Shown here in pieces: positions 23,113-29,835 of a DNA stretch of 29,835 nucleotides. The stretch is from a virus (Duplodnaviria > Heunggongvirae > Uroviricota > Caudoviricetes). The DNA is taken from the IMG/VR virus record IMGVR_UViG_3300016476_001281. The stretch is one strand, 5' to 3'. Under the pieces are notes generated by a model. That model did no database searches. It was not told the DNA's origin and was given only the letters and a program-made list of their open reading frames with translations. How positions within the stretch are numbered: the stretch's first letter is position 1; the number at the start of each line of letters is the position of its first letter. Both the position numbers and the translations under genes were made by a program.

Positions 23113-23564
23113 AAACAATAGCAATCTACCCAGGGTCATTCAATCCAATGCACATTGGACACATTAACATACTTGAGAAAGCAGAAAGAATATTTGGTAG
23201 AGGTAATGTATTAATTGCAGTAGGAGTTAATCCTGATAAGCAAAATACTCTTAAATCTGATGATGAAATTCATTTATTAGAACAAAGAATAAATAGAAAA
23301 GTAATTACTTATAGTAAGTTTCTACATGAACTTATCCAAGATTATGAAGATGAAGGTTACAAAGTAGTAATTATTAGAGGTCTAAGAAATGGAGTTGACT
23401 TAGATTATGAAGTAAATCAATATAGATTTGTAGATGATTTCAAAAAAGATGTGAATGTTATTTACATTACTTGTGATAGACAATATGAACATATTTCATC
23501 ATCTGCAATAAGAAAAATTGAACAATTTGGTGGTCCTGATATGATTAAACAATATCTTGTTTAA
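23109..23564 (+). CDS. coaD: Phosphopantetheine adenylyltransferase
   Basis: AIYPGSFNPMHIGH, IIRGLR...DYE, ISSSAIR. Confidence 0.87.
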   Translation: MKTIAIYPGSFNPMHIGHINILEKAERIFGRGNVLIAVGVNPDKQNTLKSDDEIHLLEQRINRKVITYSKFLHELIQDYEDEGYKVVIIRGLRNGVDLDYEVNQYRFVDDFKKDVNVIYITCDRQYEHISSSAIRKIEQFGGPDMIKQYLV

Positions 23565-24136
23565 GAGTTTTGATACTTACCAGTCCATTCAGGAATATAT
23601 TTAACTCTTTTTCTTACAATATATCTATCCTCTCTTAAATTTTTGGCAGCCATTGCTCTTGCTGAGTATAAAGCAGGATCAGTGTCTGTCATTTTTAATT
23701 CTCCTAATAACTGATCAAACTTAGTAACTTTAAAGTATTTATCAAAAGAAGATGTATCATCACTTGCTACAATCTCACCTTCAACAAATCCTTCATATAC
23801 TTTGATATACTCACCATCATTCTTAGCTAATAAAACTTTCCAATAAGCTTTCTTACCTACAAATGTTGGAATTTTCTCTTTAAACCATTTTAAGTTAACA
23901 CCAATGTTTTCACCTTCAACTTCTAATGATGTATCTTCTGATATAGTAAATGGTCCATTATCAACTGCTTTATAAATTGCCACAGTTTCATCATCTGCAT
24001 CAACTTCTGGTAGGTCTTGTCCTTCTTCAACTCTAAGATTTGGTATTAACTCTCTGTATTCTCTAATCTTTCTTGCATTACTTGTTACTAGTGTAAACTT
24101 AGGTAAAAACCCCTCAAATGTCATTAAATATATCAT
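23561..24136 (-). CDS. Ham1/ITPase-family non-canonical NTP pyrophosphatase-like protein
   Basis: LVTSNARKIRE, LPEVD, SEDTSL, GVNLKWF; the SHR motif reads SAR. Confidence 0.75.
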   Translation of the reverse strand: MIYLMTFEGFLPKFTLVTSNARKIREYRELIPNLRVEEGQDLPEVDADDETVAIYKAVDNGPFTISEDTSLEVEGENIGVNLKWFKEKIPTFVGKKAYWKVLLAKNDGEYIKVYEGFVEGEIVASDDTSSFDKYFKVTKFDQLLGELKMTDTDPALYSARAMAAKNLREDRYIVRKRVKYIPEWTGKYQNS

Positions 24137-24139
24137 ACT

Positions 24140-24151
24140 CTATATATAAAA
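24140..24151 (-). promoter_or_regulatory. Putative late-promoter motif TTTTATATATAG
   Basis: 3 nt upstream of the ATG at 24136. Confidence 0.55.
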
Positions 24152-24190
24152 CTTTTAATGTAATATAGATATAAAATAATAAAAAGTATT

Positions 24191-24847
24191 ATGGAATTAT
24201 TTCACTGGGACATAGAAACTGTAGGGCAATATAAAGATTTTGAAACATTTGAACAAAATGATGAAAGAGGATCAGAACTTTTCAAGAAAAAATATCTTAA
24301 AATGAATTGGGAAGAAAAATATGAAAACATATATGATGCTTATCTTGATAATGCTGGTATAATACCAACTTATGGTAAAATAGTTTGTATATCATTTGGT
24401 TATACTGATGATAATGGTACTGAAAGAATATCAAGTTTCTATGGTGATGATGAAAGAGATATTGTAAATAGATTTAATGAACTTCTTAAAAAAATTGAAA
24501 CAAAAAACTTTAATCTATCTGGGTTTAGAATTGCTTACTTTGATATACCTTGGTTATTACATAAGTTATATAAGTATGGTATTCAACCAGCTGATATAAT
24601 TGTAACTCATAATAAGAAACCTTGGGAAATGAGAATTACTGATATGTCTGATGATTGGAAAGGTAAGTTTGCTTGGTCTCTTTCATTTGATGAAATGTGT
24701 TATGAATTAGGAGTTGAATCACCTAAAGATAATATGAATGGATCTGATGTTCACATTTCTTACTGGAATGGTAAAGTTGAAGAGGTAAAAACATACTGTG
24801 AGAAAGATGTTTTAGCTTGTATAAAAGTTTCTAAAAAAATATACTAA
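24191..24847 (+). CDS. Stand-alone PolB-type 3'-5' exonuclease (DnaQ-like)
   Basis: WDIETV (ExoI), GKIVCIS, FDIPWL (ExoII), YCEKDV (ExoIII). Confidence 0.85.
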   Translation: MELFHWDIETVGQYKDFETFEQNDERGSELFKKKYLKMNWEEKYENIYDAYLDNAGIIPTYGKIVCISFGYTDDNGTERISSFYGDDERDIVNRFNELLKKIETKNFNLSGFRIAYFDIPWLLHKLYKYGIQPADIIVTHNKKPWEMRITDMSDDWKGKFAWSLSFDEMCYELGVESPKDNMNGSDVHISYWNGKVEEVKTYCEKDVLACIKVSKKIY

Positions 24848-24849
24848 TA

Positions 24850-24861
24850 TTTTATATATAG
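24850..24861 (+). promoter_or_regulatory. Putative late-promoter motif TTTTATATATAG
   Basis: 3 nt upstream of the ATG at 24865. Confidence 0.55.
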
Positions 24862-24864
24862 AAT

Positions 24865-25536
24865 ATGAAGTATATTAAAAGTTTTAATGAAACATATTCA
24901 ACAAGTGAATACCACAAACAAATTGGTGACATTCTTAGAGAGGAATGTCAACCATTTTTAGAATTATATAAAGATACACATATTGAACTTTGGAGAGGTG
25001 TTACTCAGAGATTTATTGATAAACATGCTACAGAAATAGGTAAATTAGCTTATAAAGTAAAACATAAAAATAGAAAACCTGTTGATACACCAATAGAACT
25101 ACATGATAAATTAAACTCAGAGTTTATTAAAAAATTTGGTTGGCCAGTAAGAGATGGTGTTTTTTGTCTTCCTGATAGTGGAATTGCACAAAGTTATGCA
25201 CAAGAAGCTTCATTTAAAAATGATAGTAGGTCAGAAGTATTCTTATTAATACCAGTTGGTGATTTTAGATATTGTTGGTCACCAAAGTATAAAGACTTGA
25301 CTGTAGATATTAAAACAAGTGTACCAATGCACAAGAAATCTGAGTGGAGAAATGAATTAAACAATCTGAGTAATACAAAGATTAAAAATATTGTAAATAC
25401 ATATAAAGATACTGATATTGAAGGTGCCAAGTATCAAGGTAAAAAAGAAGCATCTGAAATATCAATTGATTGTGATGAGTATTTACTTATTTCACCAAGA
25501 TATTTTATTAATTCTTCTGATATTTCAAAATGGTAA
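24865..25536 (+). CDS. Hypothetical protein with MKYIKSFNE N-terminal motif; possible ADP-ribosyltransferase-like fold
   Basis: LWRG...GVFC...AQSYA...SEI pattern; fold is an inference. Confidence 0.6.
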   Translation: MKYIKSFNETYSTSEYHKQIGDILREECQPFLELYKDTHIELWRGVTQRFIDKHATEIGKLAYKVKHKNRKPVDTPIELHDKLNSEFIKKFGWPVRDGVFCLPDSGIAQSYAQEASFKNDSRSEVFLLIPVGDFRYCWSPKYKDLTVDIKTSVPMHKKSEWRNELNNLSNTKIKNIVNTYKDTDIEGAKYQGKKEASEISIDCDEYLLISPRYFINSSDISKW

Positions 25537-25589
25537 AAAAATACCTTAAAAAGTAAGGTTTTTCATAATTTCATTATGATATATACTTT

Positions 25590-25922
25590 ATGGAAAACCT
25601 TACTATATCTCACATCACAACCAATGCACAGAACTTAGAAATGTGGGTTGCAATTGACCAATCTAATAGCTTAGCTGTTGGTCATATCTTTATGAATGTT
25701 GAAAAAGACAATAAAATAAAATTTCTTGATGCTTGGGTACATTCTGATTACAGAAGACAAGGAATATACAGACTTCTATGGGAAACCAGATGGGAATATG
25801 TATTAGAAAACTACAAAGGTTATACCATCTATGCTTGGTGTAAAGAAACATCACTACCACTACTTATTGAAAAAGGATTTGAAACAGGTGAAATAGTTAC
25901 CTATGTTGAGAAAAAAATCTAA
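25590..25922 (+). CDS. GNAT-family acetyltransferase
   Basis: AWVHSDYRRQGIYRLL (acetyl-CoA motif A), LIEKGF. Confidence 0.8.
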   Translation: MENLTISHITTNAQNLEMWVAIDQSNSLAVGHIFMNVEKDNKIKFLDAWVHSDYRRQGIYRLLWETRWEYVLENYKGYTIYAWCKETSLPLLIEKGFETGEIVTYVEKKI

Positions 25923-25971
25923 AACCAAACTGCACATATAAATATATACTTGTAAAAATAAGTATAAACAA

Positions 25972-26133
25972 ATGGCAAAAGATAGAATATTTGGTATAAG
26001 AGTATCAGAAAAGTTATTGGAAGAGTTCCAAAAATTTTGTGATGAAAACTCAATGAATGCTTCTAAGAGAATTAGAAAATATATGGAAAATGACATAGCT
26101 GCCTGGAGAAAAAGACAACAGAAAGAGGAATAA
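25972..26133 (+). CDS. Small ribbon-helix-helix-like regulator (53 aa)
   Basis: Manual translation MAKDRIFGIRVSEKLLEEFQKFCDENSMNASKRIRKYMENDIAAWRKRQQKEE; alternating beta-strand then two helices. Confidence 0.7.
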   Translation: MAKDRIFGIRVSEKLLEEFQKFCDENSMNASKRIRKYMENDIAAWRKRQQKEE

Positions 26134-26144
26134 TACTTTGAGAT

Positions 26145-26156
26145 TTTAATATATAC
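26145..26156 (+). promoter_or_regulatory. Putative late-promoter motif TTTAATATATAC
   Basis: 19 nt upstream of the ATG at 26176. Confidence 0.55.
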
Positions 26157-26175
26157 ATTAAAAAAGTATAACTAA

Positions 26176-29100
26176 ATGTCAGTAAATATAAATGATGTTG
26201 TCACAAGCATACATAGTGATTATGAAAAAGTTTCAAAATTATCAGAATTAAATACAGAACAATTAAACTCATTTAAAAATAGAGTATCAACTACAATTGA
26301 AAAGTCTAAAGAAGTAACTCTACCAATTGATGTATTAAATAAGTTAAATGTAATATCATTTACATTAAATGGTTATGTTAAAACTTTAAATGATATAAAC
26401 TATTCTAATTCAGGTTATAAACCAGCATTTCAATATTCTCCTGAAATTAGTTCTAAAAATTATTACACTACATATAGTGATTTAATTATCAATTGTTCTA
26501 AAATAGAATATGGTAAAGTAATAGGTGTTGATAAGACTAATCAAGGTCTTATTGATGATTTAACTTATTATGATGGTAAATCAAATTTAAGTATAAGTAA
26601 AAATCCAAGTATTAATCAAGATAAATATCTACATGATATTAAAATCAAAGATAAATACTCTGTAGGTTTCAATTTTAGATTAAATAGATTTCCTGTTAAA
26701 ACTTGGGGAACAAAGAAGATACTCAAACAATATACAACAAGAAGAAGTGATTTAATCTCTTTCAATTATGAAAATCAAAAGGGTAAAGTAAATAATAATA
26801 TTTCATTTGGTGCTATGGCTCCTTATGGTGTTGACTTTAGTGATAAAATACCTCCAATTAAACCTAATCAACACCCACAAGAATATTACTTAAAAGCAAA
26901 GTATCAAAATAAGTTTAGCCCATTCTCAATTGCAGCAAGTGTAACTTATGATAAAAATAAAAAATTATCAGTATATACTGATTATAAATTTGAATTAGGT
27001 AAATTTTATGATGTAAGACTTGATATTGAATACTTAAATAGTTCTAAGGAATTTGTTAGAGGATTTAAAGAAGCAATTGATAATGGTTTATTAAATGCTC
27101 AAGCATTTTCTTTTAATGGTATGTCATTTAGTAATTTTAATGATGCTCAGACTTATATGGATCAACAATATGAGTTATTAAGTCAACCAATAAATGAATT
27201 TCAATATGCAGTTACTAAATCAAGAGAACAATTTGAATATTCTGACAGAAATTACAATACAATTCAAGAGGCAAGAACAGCATTAGATAATTTTAAAAAT
27301 TATTCTGATGATTATTCATCAAAGTTTGAATATGCTATCAATACTGCAATAGAAACCTTTTCAATAAATGGTGCAACATTTAATACTATTGATGATGCAC
27401 AAAATTATATAAAAGATTATACTACAAGATTTCAATATGCTATTGATACTGCAAGTGAAAACTTTACATTTGCAGGGCATACTTATAATACTATTGATGA
27501 TGCACAAATTGCAAAGTCTAATAAAGAGTTAATTCTCAATCAATTAATGTCTGATTGGGATGATTATATGTTAAATTATGATGTTGATTCAATTTCAGGA
27601 ACATTTACAGAAAATGACATGCCAATATTTACAAGTACAACAATTTTAGGTACGACTTCAAATACATTAAAATATAATAGTAAAAAATCAGTACAGGATG
27701 CAATTTCTTCAAAGTCTAATCAAATTAGTAAATTTCAAAAAGCTATAACTGACCAAATTTCATTGGTTGAAAGCCAAACATATATAAACAGACCTATTAT
27801 TTTTGATGGTGTAACTTATGAAAAAGATGAAGAAACATCTGCAAAGGAAGTTGCCACTATGGAATTAGATAGAATAAATACTTATTATAATTATGAAATA
27901 AATAAAAGAAAAAATGAGTTAGAAAATAGTAGTGCATATTATTCTAATATTGTTTTTTATGATAATGAAACATATAATATAAATTCTGCAAAAAATGCAT
28001 TATCTAATTATTATACATTTTCTGAAAATTACTATAATAATTTTAACAATGCAATATTAGCCAAGGAAGATCATGTTAATCAAGGTGATTATACAAATAT
28101 GACATTTACATATGATGGAGTTTTATATGATAATAGTGATCAAAAATCTATAGATACTAAAATACAATCATTAGAAGATACAAGAGATGAACTTATTAAA
28201 CCAATTAATAATGAATTGGAATCAAAAAGAAAAGATTTTTCTAAAAAAATTAAATCAAATTCTATTCTAGTTTCTTACTCAGGTGAAACATATGGTAATA
28301 ATGATGCAGTTACTGCATATAAAGGATTTACACAACTTTTATCTGGATATAAAAATTTTGGTAAAACAACACTATATAAATTTACACTTTATGTTAATGG
28401 TAAAAAAGAAAAAATATCAGGAACATTAAATAAAGTATGGGGTAAAAAAGCAAAATTTTTATCAAAATATGGTGCCATTGCTAAGAGACCTGGTTTTAAT
28501 CCAATTGGAACTAAAGAAGTATTATACCATTTGATTGAAGAGAAATATGAGAAAAATAATACAAGACCATCTAAAGAGAAATTAAAAGATATTATTTCTG
28601 AAATTAATTCAAATAGAATATCAACTGATATTTCATACTCACATATTATAAATAATCTTAATTTTTCTAAATTGGTATCTATTAATACAGTACCATATAA
28701 AGTTAATTTAGAACCTAATTATATTAATACAAAAATATTTATAGATAAATTAAATTTGAAACAAACAGAAGTAAAAATTGATTCTATTACAATAAAAAAC
28801 TTTATAAAAGAAATTAAAAAGAAAAATAAGAAAAGCAGAAGATTGGATAAAATAAAATATAGTAAATTATATAATAGATACTTATATAAGTGTAACAATA
28901 GTGTTGACTTTGGTGATATTAATATCTACTATACTGAAAAGAAACCAAATTTATCAATAATTGCATTGGATCAACAAAAGAGATATGGTGAGGAATTTAC
29001 ATTTACTGGTAATGAATTTAGAGTAAAAGGATTATTACTAGGTGATTCTGTTGATTCAGTTACACTAACAAGTTTAGGTAGTTTACAAGATGCAAACATT

Positions 29101-29244
29101 ACTTATGTACCTTCTGATACTCAAGCTATAGTAAAAGGTATAAATAAAAATGGATATCTAATAAGACCTAGTAATGCACAAGGTACAGGACTAGATAAAT
29201 ATGAAATACACTATAATATAGGAATATTTAGAGTTATTCCATAA
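26176..29244 (+). CDS. 1022-aa protein with internal repeats and a C-terminal MBG-like adhesin domain
   Basis: Repeats F-x-x-G-x-T-[FY]-N-T-I-x-[DE]A...F-x-YA; C-terminus IALDQQKRYG...GLLLGDSV...Y.IRPS....LDKYEIHY..G.F.V. Confidence 0.7.
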   Translation: MSVNINDVVTSIHSDYEKVSKLSELNTEQLNSFKNRVSTTIEKSKEVTLPIDVLNKLNVISFTLNGYVKTLNDINYSNSGYKPAFQYSPEISSKNYYTTYSDLIINCSKIEYGKVIGVDKTNQGLIDDLTYYDGKSNLSISKNPSINQDKYLHDIKIKDKYSVGFNFRLNRFPVKTWGTKKILKQYTTRRSDLISFNYENQKGKVNNNISFGAMAPYGVDFSDKIPPIKPNQHPQEYYLKAKYQNKFSPFSIAASVTYDKNKKLSVYTDYKFELGKFYDVRLDIEYLNSSKEFVRGFKEAIDNGLLNAQAFSFNGMSFSNFNDAQTYMDQQYELLSQPINEFQYAVTKSREQFEYSDRNYNTIQEARTALDNFKNYSDDYSSKFEYAINTAIETFSINGATFNTIDDAQNYIKDYTTRFQYAIDTASENFTFAGHTYNTIDDAQIAKSNKELILNQLMSDWDDYMLNYDVDSISGTFTENDMPIFTSTTILGTTSNTLKYNSKKSVQDAISSKSNQISKFQKAITDQISLVESQTYINRPIIFDGVTYEKDEETSAKEVATMELDRINTYYNYEINKRKNELENSSAYYSNIVFYDNETYNINSAKNALSNYYTFSENYYNNFNNAILAKEDHVNQGDYTNMTFTYDGVLYDNSDQKSIDTKIQSLEDTRDELIKPINNELESKRKDFSKKIKSNSILVSYSGETYGNNDAVTAYKGFTQLLSGYKNFGKTTLYKFTLYVNGKKEKISGTLNKVWGKKAKFLSKYGAIAKRPGFNPIGTKEVLYHLIEEKYEKNNTRPSKEKLKDIISEINSNRISTDISYSHIINNLNFSKLVSINTVPYKVNLEPNYINTKIFIDKLNLKQTEVKIDSITIKNFIKEIKKKNKKSRRLDKIKYSKLYNRYLYKCNNSVDFGDINIYYTEKKPNLSIIALDQQKRYGEEFTFTGNEFRVKGLLLGDSVDSVTLTSLGSLQDANITYVPSDTQAIVKGINKNGYLIRPSNAQGTGLDKYEIHYNIGIFRVIP

Positions 29245-29261
29245 AAAAATGGTTTTAAAAG

Positions 29262-29273
29262 TTTTATATATAG
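29262..29273 (+). promoter_or_regulatory. Putative late-promoter motif TTTTATATATAG with no protein gene behind it
   Basis: Exact recurrent 12-mer just upstream of a GC-rich structured stretch. Confidence 0.55.
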
Positions 29274-29284
29274 TATAAAGAAAT

Positions 29285-29442
29285 TTATTTCTGACGCCTC
29301 AAACACACCCTTGCGGATAGGAGGTTGACTGGATTTTCCAGTGGCCGAATGAAGTAAATTATTCACAACAACCTTTTAAAGCTAAAAGGGAAGTTAGTGT
29401 GATGGGAAAGCGTGTTGCTATTGTGACGCGCTTTTCTATTTT
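29285..29442 (+). ncRNA. Candidate stand-alone structured ncRNA of about 150 nt; ends approximate
   Basis: GC- and CpG-rich island; GGAGGTTG/CAACCTTT enclosing ACTGGA-TTT-TCCAGT and TGAA/TTCA hairpins; CCTTTT/AAAAGG hairpin; terminal 12-bp hairpin. Confidence 0.6.
29407..29442 (+). terminator. Intrinsic terminator closing the candidate ncRNA
   Basis: AAAGCGTGTTGC-TATT-GTGACGCGCTTT (3 G.U pairs) followed by TCTATTTT. Confidence 0.65.
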
Positions 29443-29444
29443 AA

Positions 29445-29476
29445 TTTGGTAGATATAAAAACATTCCTTATCTTTG
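29445..29476 (+). promoter_or_regulatory. Bacteroidota-type promoter
   Basis: TTTG 29445-29448, 20-nt spacer, TAtcTTTG 29469-29476; closely resembles the promoter at 2630. Confidence 0.7.
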
Positions 29477-29496
29477 TCAAACAAAACAGAGATACT

Positions 29497-29835
29497 ATGA
29501 GCAAACTTTACTTTACTAATAAATTTATTGATAAAAAATACTTAGAATCTAATCCAGAAGAAGATAATGGATTTGATTATGAAAATCATGATGATTATGA
29601 AGAAATAAAAATTGGAATTAGTGATTCTAATTATTCTGATGCAGGTTTAGTTAAAATTGATGAACTAATTACTATTCTTCAAGAATTAAAAGATAAAGGT
29701 GCAAATTATGTAGCTTGTGACTGGCATTGTGATCATCAAGAACTTGAAGTTTATGGTTTCAACTACAGAAAATCTACTGATGAAGAAGTTCAAGAAGTAG
29801 AAAATGCTGAGAAAGTAAAAAAAGAATTACTTAAA
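29497..29835 (+). CDS. Hypothetical acidic protein, 3'-truncated by the window edge
   Basis: Manual translation MSKLYFTNKFIDKKYLESNPEEDNG...ACDWHCDHQELEVYG..., open to the end of the window. Confidence 0.7.
   Translation, partial: MSKLYFTNKFIDKKYLESNPEEDNGFDYENHDDYEEIKIGISDSNYSDAGLVKIDELITILQELKDKGANYVACDWHCDHQELEVYGFNYRKSTDEEVQEVENAEKVKKELLK

Noticed and set aside
21424-23564. Complete NAD+ reconstitution (NARP) pathway
   Set aside because: Only the NMNAT-type gene is present; no nicotinamide phosphoribosyltransferase or Adps/Namat pair is visible in this window.
1971-26096. Short ORF-track entries overlapping better genes or tRNAs (1971-2189, 2790-2999, 3156-3488, 6483-6686, 9161-9343, 12948-13193, 14479-14751, 15293-15736, 17781-18002, 19821-20012, 20762-20962, 21301-21489, 25194-25430, 25860-26096)
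   Set aside because: They are antisense shadows of motif-bearing genes or tRNAs, with Leu/Phe/Ile/Ser-rich composition typical of the reverse strand of AT-rich coding DNA.
1-29835. Stop-codon reassignment (alternative genetic code)
   Set aside because: Recognisable enzymes are full length under code 11, TAG and TGA end genes at sensible positions (e.g. coaE at 2466), and no suppressor tRNA is present.
1-29835. Cellular chromosome or eukaryotic giant-virus origin
   Set aside because: Housekeeping-like genes are isolated among small overlapping phage-type ORFs with gp30.3-like and HNH genes, and the promoters, terminators and tRNAs are bacterial. No capsid or terminase gene is in the window, so phage origin remains an inference.

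Overview
Very AT-rich, gene-dense window that reads as part of a large (jumbo-type) bacteriophage genome. The host is probably a Bacteroidota/Flavobacteriia, inferred from repeated TTTG-N19-20-TAnnTTTG promoters and A-rich leaders without Shine-Dalgarno sites. It carries a tRNA region (2520-4818) with 13 tRNAs and one degenerate tRNA, an internal HNH endonuclease gene and four inter-tRNA hairpins; most of the array lies behind an attenuator-like leader peptide and terminator. Translation and cofactor genes include Thg1-like, Pth2-like, CoaE, CoaD, NadM-Nudix, NADAR/gp30.3-like, Ham1-like and three nucleotidyltransferase-like proteins. DNA modification genes include an SssI/MpeI-like C5 methyltransferase in a sequence almost free of CpG, and a helicase / m6A-MTase / Mrr-like nuclease cluster resembling a split Type ISP system. 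Unrelated proteins share either an N-terminal motif resembling the T4 capsid-targeting sequence (always behind a TTTWATATATA promoter-like motif) or a C-terminal RxxK[LI]xxL motif. There are two unexplained structured RNAs (1715-1872 and about 29285-29442). All calls are by eye; no database search or folding program was run.
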